A program made the translations under genes and the position numbers. The notes under the pieces were generated by a model. It had not been told where the DNA came from and did no database searches. It saw only the letters and a program-made list of their open reading frames with translations. Of a stretch of DNA of 64,000 nucleotides, positions 42,201 through 54,200 are shown piece by piece. Where the stretch lies: NCBI GenBank assembly GCA_023205875.1, contig CP060761.1, positions 682,001 to 746,000 of the forward strand. The letters are read 5' to 3'. Each line of letters opens with the position of its first letter. The first letter of the stretch is position 1. Source of the stretch: Chloropicon primus (taxonomy: Eukaryota).

Positions 42201-45200
42201 ACGTGCTCCGCAGCTATATTCCCAAAAAGAGCATCTTGCATTTGACCCGTACAGTGGCAAAAGATATGCTGCAAGCTTTTTGAACTTATCATGTGCCTAC
42301 TCAAAGCAGAAACAGATTCTGTGGACGCAACATCAACGGCCACGTACTGTGCTGTCGAATGGTAGTGACCTCCAGAATGCACCAGAGAGGAGAGTATAGA
42401 GGAGGACCTTGATCCACTTCTTCCGGTGCGACCAAGTAAGACCAGGCCACCGTGGAGGAAATGAGAGCACCATTGTGCAACAAGGCTGCCCAAAATACCC
42501 AAACCTCCAGCAATTGCCATAGTGGACGAGCCATACAATTTAAGCCATTCACAGTTGGAGTTCTGTTGCACAATACTTGGGGATACCCTGCATGAGTAGA
42601 CTATATTCGCACGCAGAAGAGGGTCATTCTGATCAGGCAGAGCATTTGTGAAATTCTCTGAGCTGAGAATGTCACCATCTACCATCGACAGATTTCCTGA
42701 TCCACCTTCATTCCTCATAATCCGTATCAAGGTTTGCAAAGCATTGTGGCAGAAGCTTAGGGATTTCTTCGCCGGCACAGAGCAATGACCCAATGCGCTA
42801 GCTTCAGAGAAGAATGCGAGCGCCAAGCTTCTTTTGGAAGCAAGCATGCATTGACCAAGACTTATGAACGATAGCAGTCTTGATGACATGCCCATTTCCA
42901 AGTCTGCAGTCTCTCGCTGCTTTCCGAAGTCAAAGTTTTCACCATTGTTGAAAACTGGGAACATTGTAGGACTTGCATAAAGTGTGTAGATATCTTCTGA
43001 ATGGCTGCGTCCTCTAACAGATGTATCTGCTGCTTGCCACTGGAATCTATAAATATCCCTACTTGACAGTGTCATTGAAGCCTTCTTCAAATCTGCGCTG
43101 CGCAACAAAGGTTTTGCTTGCAAATCCTGAAGTTTGCTCGCAATAGAACCATCCACATCAAGTATATAGTGAGAGCTCAAGGTTGTGTTACTCTGATCAG
43201 GTGAGGCGGCCTTACCACGCACAGCAACTCCAAATATGTTCTGGCCAGACAAATCAGATGCAATGGAATACACAGAGAAACCCGCAGGAACCTTGGCATC
43301 CTTTGAGGACTCACTACTCGATTCATCGTCCCGTAAGCCCACTCCAAGTTGCATGCATCCATCCAACACAGCAGGGGGCACGGACATGCCAGATTCGTCT
43401 GTACCGCTTGTACCAGACAAGCAACCAAACACATGCTTCCCATTAGAAGCAACGTTGAGTCTCGACACGACTTGGAAGTGTGGACCATATTGCAGACCAA
43501 CAGAGTACAAAGATGCATACATTGCTGTACTATCCACAGATTGGCTGCACTGTCCACGCACAATCTCTGGCGATGCAGACACAGATTTATCATACGCAGA
43601 ACCAACTGAAGATGATACATGCACATGCTCATCCAGCTTCAACCCAATACATGCACGGAGGTGCAATCCAGAACCCCCTTGCAAGGAATTGCTTGATCTG
43701 ATCTCTATGTCACCTTGCTCCATATCAACAAGAACGGATAACTCACAATCTTCCACCAGACCATTCTGGGTCTCGTGTGGCTTTGCCAGAGTCAAGGGCA
43801 TTGGAATACTTGCATGAAGAACAAGAGACTTGAGTTGAGTGCCCATAGTCCCATTGCATATCTCAGACACACATCCACCCATTTCCATGTAGGCAGCACC
43901 TGGGCATACAATACGCCCCATGACTTGATGGTCGCATATCCATTCAAGAATAGGTCGTTGAAGCTTGGACGACAAGGCAATGATATCAGATCCTGTGTTC
44001 TTTCTCACCTCAACAGCTGACATCAGTGGGTGAGTCAATGGGGCGACCCAATATCGCAGAGATCTGCCGAATGTAACATTTAGCTCAGGCAAGCAATGCA
44101 TCTTATCATTCCATGAGTACTGCAAGACTGCATGAGCATTGGTTCCTTGGAACGCAAATGCACTCACACCAGAGGCATGTGTAGACTCACTCCAAGTCAA
44201 ACCATTTTGCTCACGGCACAAATGACCCATGCGAGCTCCTTGCGCAGATTGAGATCCTCCCAAAATACGCGTCAGATGAGGGTTAATGTGACGCAAATGA
44301 AGCACAGGAGATGTTGTTCTATGGCATGTGCCATGAATAGCATGGATCAGGCCAACAGCTCCAGCAGCAGGCTCAGTGTGACCCACGTAGGTCTTGCCCG
44401 CCTGAACACTGAGAGGCGCAGTTCCCTCCAAATCAGCACTTCTGGATTGCAAAAGCACCGCGTGGGCTGCACCAATCTCAATAGGGTCTCCGAGCGGAGT
44501 ACCCGTACCATGCATGTTAAGGATAGCCACAGAGGAGCTTGTCAAAGAAGCCCTCTGCATTGCACTGGATATAACCTTTTGTTGTGCAGGGCCGTTTGGT
44601 GCAGTCAAGGCAGATGAGCGACCATCTTGGTTCACAGCAGATCCTGCAAAGCACACCACATGGCCTCCTGTCTCAGCAGACTTGCCTTCTGCGTCAAGCA
44701 ACAAAACACCACAAGCTTCTCCACGCACATATCCATCTGCATCTGCATCGAGGGTCTTGCACCTGCCATCAATGGCCAACATACCAGCCTGCTTGAACAC
44801 AGCACCAGTATCAGGAGCCAAGGTCAGGTTCACACCACATGCAAGTGCCATAATGCACTCCCCAAGTAACAGACTGTCACATGCTATGTGGGATCCTACT
44901 AAAGAAGAGGAGCAGGCAGTATCTGTGCTGATTGCAGGACCTTGTAAACCGTAAACATACGAAACACGACCTGCAGCAACACTCAACGCAGTTCCGGTAG
45001 ATGAATACGAACTACCCTTCGTCCTATAGTAGCTTCCCATCTTTCCGTACTCCATTGCAGATATGCCAACAAATACACCCATGTTGTCTTGTTTGGAGAA
45101 CTTGAAGCATACTTGCAAAATGAATCTCTGCTGTGGATCCATCACAAGAGACTCGCTGGATGAAAGCTTGAAGGCATGTGCATCAAAGTTCTCTACTTGT

Positions 45201-48200
45201 GGGATGAAGCTGCCAAAGTATGATCCAGCTGAACCAGCCATCCACCCAGATGATTCACAGTCACCTCGGGAATATGGTTCCACAGTATCAATTCCACAAG
45301 TGGATGCAAGTGAATCCATACCAAGGGAACAATGGCTTCCAATGGATGTAATGGCAATCGTAATACCATCCTTGAGTCCTCGTGCATCTGGCACGGCAGA
45401 TTCAGGCTTTGAGGAAAGTACATCGCCACCTTGGGCATCCTCCGGAGCAAGGATGTCACTCAAATGATTGCCAATCATGGATATGGAAGGATAATCAAAT
45501 ATCAAGGTAGCAGGCAAATCGATTCCAAACCTCTGTTGTAAAGCATTGTTGAACTCCACTGTTCCAAGAGAGTCAAGTCCTGCTTCCATCAAAGGCTCTT
45601 CTGCTGATATCTCTCGGCCCACGACACTAGCTGCAAGAGCTCCTACAGATGATATGATGGCTTCCTTCTGGAACCTCACTTTACCGGAACGCTGTACAGG
45701 TACTTGCGAGGAACTGCTTTCGATGGATACAGAAGTAGCCTTCCTGAAATTGTCAAAGACTTTGCTTTCTCCGACACCAGCAAGGAACTTGTCCCATACA
45801 AATGGAACTGCGCTTACAACTGCATTCGATACACAAGGACTTCCAAAACGATGACTGGAGTTCTCATACAATACGCTTTTGAGCACAGATAGACCTTCTT
45901 CTCCTGACAAAGCTGGCATGCCAACACGTTCCAGTCTCGAAGACGTAGAGGAAGACTGCAGAGCCATTCCTCCACCAGACCATGCTCCCCACTGAATGCT
46001 GGTGGCACAGCCTCCCTGAGACTCCATGGCGCTGGACCACGTGTCCAAGTAGGCATTGGCTGCACTGTAGTTGGATTGACCCGCTGAGCCTAGCAACGAC
46101 GCTATGGAAGAGAACAACAGTTGAGAGGAAACACTGTGACCCCAAGAGCGCGCATGCAAATGATGCAAGGCATCCACCTTGGGTGCAAAGACAGTGCGTA
46201 CACTCTGCATGCTCTGAGATCCCAAAAGCATATCAGACAGCAAGCCTCCAGCATGCATCACTTGAGCCAAAGGCATGTCAAGGCCTGGCCACGACAAAGC
46301 ACTGCTGCACTCCTCCTGGGAGCCTGCATCGCATCTAATGGCACAGAACACTGCACTGCTCGATGGATCTTGCAAACTCAACAAGGCAGACTTGGATTTG
46401 TCCATGTCAACAGGCAACCTGTAATGACCAGAACGTCCGGCAAGCCTGAGATCAGGGGTCATGTGTTGGGCAGCCCACTGACCCACGAGGGATCCAAGGG
46501 CACCCAAACCACCTGTCACAAAAGAGCAACCAGACTCCTGCATACTCAACAGACTTGTGGTGCCAAGACCCTGGCTCACAACAACCTTGCCAACATGCTT
46601 AGCACCAGCCAGCCAACGGAGGGCAGCTTGAATGCCGTTCAGTGTATGAGAAGTACTTCTCAGTCCTGACACGGCACCCTCTGCAATACCACCAGCAAGA
46701 CGGCACAGTGCTTGGTGTGTCCTGGCAGGAGGCAAGAAGTCCACCGCCAAAAGACTGTAAACCACATCAGGACGCTCCCGGTGTACACCAGATGCACTCC
46801 AAATGTCGCGCTTACCAATCTCCACCAACTGACCACCAAGGTGCAAGCAAGATAAACTTGCTCCGACCATACCTGATGATGTCAGCGAGTTGAGAACCAA
46901 GCCCATGCCTTCCACCTGTCCATTGTAAGCCGTTTGTCCCAAATCAGCATACCTGGTCGATCGCGAACTCACAACATGTTGTACGCCCATAGATCTCAGC
47001 AAGTGCCTCTTCAAACTGCTACCTGCTGTGGCCCACATCTCGCCACCAAGGGCATGAACCACTTGACAAGCAGCCAGGCCTATGCCTCCCGCAGCGGCAT
47101 GCACCAGTACGGCCTGACCTGCATTGCTTGGAAGAGATGCTGCATGGCACATGGCAACATCTACGGTCGTAAATACTGTAATCATGGTGCATGCCTCCAC
47201 AAAAGTAGCGGCCTTGGGAATAGGCACAACAAGCTGATGATGTGTGTATGCGTGTGATCCCAGACAACCAGGTGCCAAACCTGCTGCGGGTTCTCCGATG
47301 TGCAAGAGTGAAGAGCCCGAAGTGGTAATGATTCCACTTGCATCTCCTCCTGGAGGACCAGGATCTCCTGGATAAGCCCCCAGAATGTTCAGGACATCCC
47401 TGAAATTTAGACCAACGGCCATGACTGCAATTTCGACGATATCATCTGGCAAGTCATGCACTGTTAATCTCTGACTTGTTAGATTCTGGATAGATCCTCT
47501 TGGGTTTGGATGTATATATGTAGGTTGAATGGCAAACCTGGAAGTTTTCAGTAGTTTTGGCACAAGCAAAAGCATATCCACTACAGCACTTTCACCCCCG
47601 ACGTTGTCACTCAGGCTGGGAGCTTGCAAGCTGTCAATATAATGCAGATGGTTGCTTTGTTGCGGTCTTTCCTGTGAAAGTGTGCGCAACAAACCAGTCA
47701 TGACAGAAGTTGAAATATTTTTCAAGCTCCCAGGAAGACGTACTTGGCATTGAACTGTTCCGGAGTTGCATATTGCGGCTGTACCAGCACTTGCTGGCGC
47801 TTGTTGGAAGTAGGATACGAATATTGAATGCATCCTTGACCCGCAATAGCTTTCCTGTGAAACAGAAAACATTTTCCATTTGTTGGAACCCGTTTCTTCT
47901 CCATCTGCTTTCAAAAAGAGATCACCATCGTGAATGACCAATCTTTCTTGACGCACAGCCATTGCTTCTTTGAATGGTGAAGAACCTTGCCAACAAAGAG
48001 CATACATCAGGTCTTTTTGCAACTCACTGGTGATCGTTTGGTTTTGGATTGACTCCTGTACCTTGGAAGATTTCGCAGGCTTTGCTATCAATCCGCAGAC
48101 TGAACACAAAGAGTTCATATCCATAGACTGCAAACTGTGATGTGTAGATATGTGCCCTCCATGTGTGTAATCCAATTTTGCTTCGCCAATCAAAGGACCA

Positions 48201-51200
48201 GAAGCCTTACCTGGAATACAAACAAAGCCAATGCTTGCAGGCATAAAAGTACCCTCCTTCTTATTGGAGGAGTAAAATTCTGAAGCTAGCACAAAACAGG
48301 CATCCAAAGAAGCAGGATTTACCTCAAAATCACTTTTCCGTGAATCACCATGAATGCGACTTCTCATTGCAGATGTCTCCCACTTGTCCTTTGATGATTC
48401 CAAGACTTTCTTGCAGGCTACAGAAGAATCTTCTGAACTGTTCACGTTAATTTTGGACCTAGGCAGATTTGTTGCAGTGGCTTGCACATGAACATAAGTC
48501 CTTTCCTGTCCTTTGATGTCATCTTCCAGCCGCGATGAGATCAAAATTTTACCAGTATCCATGGAAAGTTTTGTTTGAAGAATGTGATCATTATCACCAA
48601 CATCGAAGACATAAGGCATGACAAAGGAAGTACCCGACACCCCACCTTCATGAGCATAGAGTGAGTCACATGTCATACGAAGACTTACTGTGTTGATATC
48701 AACAAAACCAGCACCTGGCATCAAAATCTTGTTCATGATGATGTGGTCCTTCAGCTTGGAAAATGTTGGATGCGATATCCAGCACTCATATTCTACATGC
48801 CTTCCTGTTCGTGCTGGATGCTGAATACCAGGATGTCGCATCAAGGTAGGCAAGCAGGACATATCAGCCCAGCACAGCTTTTTGTCGCCGCAAATTCTGC
48901 CTTCCAATAGTGCACCCTCTGAATTTTTCTTGTTGAGCGCAGATACCATGTGAGCATTTATTCCGCTCATACCAAAGGAACTAGAACCTGCTACTTGAGC
49001 CAGTTCAGGTAGAGTTTGCATTGCGATACTCCCATGTACCCAATCAGAGAGGCAGTCGCCAACATAAGGATTTATGTTCCGCACCTTCATTGGAGGATTC
49101 ATGCTAGAGCTTAAGACCAAAGTACTCAAAAGAAGTCCAGCAAGACCGGCTGTGGACTCTGTGTGCCCGAACAGCGTCTTAATTGCACCCGCTCCAGTCA
49201 TATCAGAGTTAAGCTGCATCTTTTTCAGCACCTGACCTATAGCACTCATTTCAATTGGATCGCCCAGGCTGGTTCCTGTACCATGGGTTGAGATATAATC
49301 AAGAGATGAAAGCCCTGATTCTTGCAGGGCATCCCCAATCAACGCCTGTTGTGCAGGTCCATATGGCACAGTCAGCGCACTAGACCTACCATCATGATTG
49401 ACACCAGAACCAACAATGATCCCATCCATATCCTTGATCTCTTTGACGGAGCCGTGGAATACCATGACAGCAAAACCTTCACCTCGGCCATATCCATCAG
49501 CTTGCTGATCAAATGTTTTACACCTCCCGTCTAATGAAAGTGCACCTAAGCCATGAAGCAACAAGGTATTCTCAAAGAGTACAATTGCATTGGCACCTCC
49601 AACAACTGACATGTTGCTCTCGCCTGATATAATGCTGGACCTCGCTAAGTGCCCGGCAACAAGTGATGATGAGCATGCCGTGTCTAGGCAAATACTTGGA
49701 CCAACAAGTGCAAAAATGTAGGAGACTCTTCCTGACATGAAAGACATTCCATTTCCTGTGGATGCATATGTTCCAAAAAGACCTAATTTGGATACCAGAT
49801 TTGCGTACTCATTTGGATTCATAGACCCGATGTATACTCCACAGACATCTGTAGACTGTAAAGAAACATCTGCTAGACTTTCTTTTGTCAGCTGCAGAAG
49901 CTTCCTGTGTTGAGGATCCGTTCCAACTGCTTCCGAAGGCGACATTCCGAAAGGCAGTGGCTCAAACATGTACATATTATCTACGAATGTAGCAAATCTA
50001 GGAATCTTTGCTGTGTTGACACCCTCAACATTACCAAGTCTATCCATGTCCCACCGTTCAATGGGGATAGAAATTTGTAAGGACGAGTCAGACATGATCG
50101 ATTCCTTGAATGTGCAAATACCATTGACACCGGAAAATTCCATTGATCTTGCAGGTATCACAACAATTGTATCTGAGCTCTGCACAACACCTGACACAAG
50201 TCTCGCTTCATCCTTTTGGGTACCTATGTCAAGTTGCATTGTTTCTGCAATATATGCGGATATAGCTGATATGCTAGGATAATCAAACACAACTGTTGGG
50301 CCAATTTCAATTCCAAACGAGTCGTTCAATTGCTCCCTCAGCTCTACAGTATTTAAAGAATCCATTCCCGATTCCATGAACGAAGCGTCATCAGAGAGCT
50401 CTACACCTAAAATGCCAGTAACGAGCGTCTGGACACGCGCTTTCACATTTTGAACAGGTGCATGCCTTGTTGGGCTATCACGGATCTTTGATCTGTCCTC
50501 TTCCCTCTGTTTGTATTGATATTGCACCGCATCATCAGCTTCTGCTCCACTGTCAATGGCAGAAATATCAAACTGCAAGTTTGTGCCCACTATCACAGAT
50601 TGAGCCCGCGATTCTTCGCTAGGTGATTTGTTCTGGCCAGCAATCGCAAACTTCAAAAATCCCACTCTACTCAGAAGGGATCTCCAACCATTTGGACTAA
50701 GCAAGGGTGATCCCCTTATTCTATTTTGAGGATCAGCAAATGCCCACCAACCATCTAGCAAGCCAAAAATCATAGTACTGAAGATACTGAAAGATGTCAG
50801 CTCATTGATCACCACGATGCCATCACTGTTTATGAGACTTGCAACATTTTCCATGGTCACATCCATGGTTTGTGTTGCATGCAGCACATTTGCTCCAATC
50901 ACAATGTCATAAGAGTGCACACGGAAACCTTGAGCAGACACGCCCTTGCCTACATCAAGCAATGCAAACTCCATGAACGGATAGTGGACTCCAAATGTTT
51001 TCCTGCCATAAGCTAGAAAGTGGGATGACACATCTGTGTAGACATATGTGACATCAGCTCCACTATCTGATATTGCCTTTAACACGTTTGCTGAAGTGCC
51101 TCCAGTTCCTGCACCTATTTCCAATATTCTCACTTTCCTCTGTTTTGACATTTTCTTCAAGTACTCTAGAGTTACGCTAGTTACTTGCTCATTGAAGATG

Positions 51201-54200
51201 TCGGACAGAGGATTGTTCTTGTACATAGGCTCAACAAGATCATTTGAGCCACCAGGGAAAATGATTTCTGTTGCTGCAATTTTACCTGTAAGAATAGGCC
51301 AGTAGTTCTCTGCACATATAGTCACAAGGTGAACATGGCCACCTAGGAAAGAGTATTGTTGTTCAAGTGAGTCTCTCATTCCAACAAGGTCATCTTCTGT
51401 AACCTGAGGAATCTCAAGAACGTCATATGAATCATTCACTTCTTTGCTCTTTAGCCATGAATTCTTCTCCAATACTTCAAAGAAGGTTCCAAATAATCGT
51501 TGATATTTGTCTATGATACCAACTTCCTCTGCAAACACAGTCACATCTATGTGAGTTGATGCCTCGCGACAAACATCTTGCATTTGTATTTGATGCAACA
51601 AAAGATAAGTACAGTATTTTGAGAGCTCGACAAAGCCTTCAATAGTATTTCCAACGTTTTCTTCAGATGCCACGGAAATGCTCTTGACAATCTCAACGAA
51701 TTCGTCAAACTTTTCCTCACCGCTTCCTTGAATGCTGAGAGCTGGGATTGACCTTCGAAGAACAGGGGTAAAGAAGGTCCAGTCCAATCGTGCCGCAAGC
51801 ACGTGGGACACATGCTCATCATTTCTGAAGGCACACATAAGCTGGTGGAGGGCAATCAATCCCTCACTCGGTTGTAAAGGCGATATTCCAGCCCTTGCAA
51901 GTCTCTTCAGAGTTCCCTTCTGCTGAGCCATTCCAGCTAAACCTGCTTGATCAGCCCATGCACCCCATGATACAACAAATGTTGGTTTGCCATATATTTT
52001 CAAAGATTCGAGATAGCCATCAATGCATGCATTGGATAGGCTATAGGTTCCTTGTCCTGGAGATCCAATGACCGATACAGCTGAGCCGAATCCCACTTGT
52101 AAGTTCAAAAAGAAGCCTGAGAACCAATGATTGAAGAGCTGAATAGCATCTAATTTCGTACTCATGATCCGTCGAACGTGCTCCGCAGCTATATTCCCAA
52201 AAAGAGCATCTTGCATTTGACCCGTACAGTGGCAAAAGATATGCTGCAAGCTTTTTGAACTTATCATGTGCCTACTCAAAGCAGAAACAGATTCTGTGGA
52301 CGCAACATCAACGGCCACGTACTGTGCTGTCGAATGGTAGTGACCTCCAGAATGCACCAGAGAGGAGAGTATAGAGGAGGACCTTGATCCACTTCTTCCG
52401 GTGCGACCAAGTAAGACCAGGCCACCGTGGAGGAAATGAGAGCACCATTGTGCAACAAGGCTGCCCAAAATACCCAAACCTCCAGCAATTGCCATAGTGG
52501 ACGAGCCATACAATTTAAGCCATTCACAGTTGGAGTTCTGTTGCACAATACTTGGGGATACCCTGCATGAGTAGACTATATTCGCACGCAGAAGAGGGTC
52601 ATTCTGATCAGGCAGAGCATTTGTGAAATTCTCTGAGCTGAGAATGTCACCATCTACCATCGACAGATTTCCTGATCCACCTTCATTCCTCATAATCCGT
52701 ATCAAGGTTTGCAAAGCATTGTGGCAGAAGCTTAGGGATTTCTTCGCCGGCACAGAGCAATGACCCAATGCGCTAGCTTCAGAGAAGAATGCGAGCGCCA
52801 AGCTTCTTTTGGAAGCAAGCATGCATTGACCAAGACTTATGAACGATAGCAGTCTTGATGACATGCCCATTTCCAAGTCTGCAGTCTCTCGCTGCTTTCC
52901 GAAGTCAAAGTTTTCACCATTGTTGAAAACTGGGAACATTGTAGGACTTGCATAAAGTGTGTAGATATCTTCTGAATGGCTGCGTCCTCTAACAGATGTA
53001 TCTGCTGCTTGCCACTGGAATCTATAAATATCCCTACTTGACAGTGTCATTGAAGCCTTCTTCAAATCTGCGCTGCGCAACAAAGGTTTTGCTTGCAAAT
53101 CCTGAAGTTTGCTCGCAATAGAACCATCCACATCAAGTATATAGTGAGAGCTCAAGGTTGTGTTACTCTGATCAGGTGAGGCGGCCTTACCACGCACAGC
53201 AACTCCAAATATGTTCTGGCCAGACAAATCAGATGCAATGGAATACACAGAGAAACCCGCAGGAACCTTGGCATCCTTTGAGGACTCACTACTCGATTCA
53301 TCGTCCCGTAAGCCCACTCCAAGTTGCATGCATCCATCCAACACAGCAGGGGGCACGGACATGCCAGATTCGTCTGTACCGCTTGTACCAGACAAGCAAC
53401 CAAACACATGCTTCCCATTAGAAGCAACGTTGAGTCTCGACACGACTTGGAAGTGTGGACCATATTGCAGACCAACAGAGTACAAAGATGCATACATTGC
53501 TGTACTATCCACAGATTGGCTGCACTGCCCACGCACAATCTCTGGCGATGCAGACACAGATTTATCATACGCAGAACCAACTGAAGATGATACATGCACA
53601 TGCTCATCCAGCTTCAACCCAATACATGCACGGAGGTGCAATCCAGAACCCCCTTGCAAGGAATTGCTTGATCTGATCTCTATGTCACCTTGCTCCATAT
53701 CAACAAGAACGGATAACTCACAATCTTCCACCAGACCATTCTGGGTCTCGTGTGGCTTTGCCAGAGTCAAGGGCATTGGAATACTTGCATGAAGAACAAG
53801 AGACTTGAGTTGAGTGCCCATAGTCCCATTGCATATCTCAGACACACATCCACCCATTTCCATGTAGGCAGCACCTGGGCATACAATACGCCCCATGACT
53901 TGATGGTCGCATATCCATTCAAGAATAGGTCGTTGAAGCTTGGACGACAAGGCAATGATATCAGATCCTGTGTTCTTTCTCACCTCAACAGCTGACATCA
54001 GTGGGTGAGTCAATGGGGCGACCCAATATCGCAGAGATCTGCCGAATGTAACATTTAGCTCAGGCAAGCAATGCATCTTATCATTCCATGAGTACTGCAA
54101 GACTGCATGAGCATTGGTTCCTTGGAACGCAAATGCACTCACACCAGAGGCATGTGTAGACTCACTCCAAGTCAAACCATTTTGCTCACGGCACAAATGA

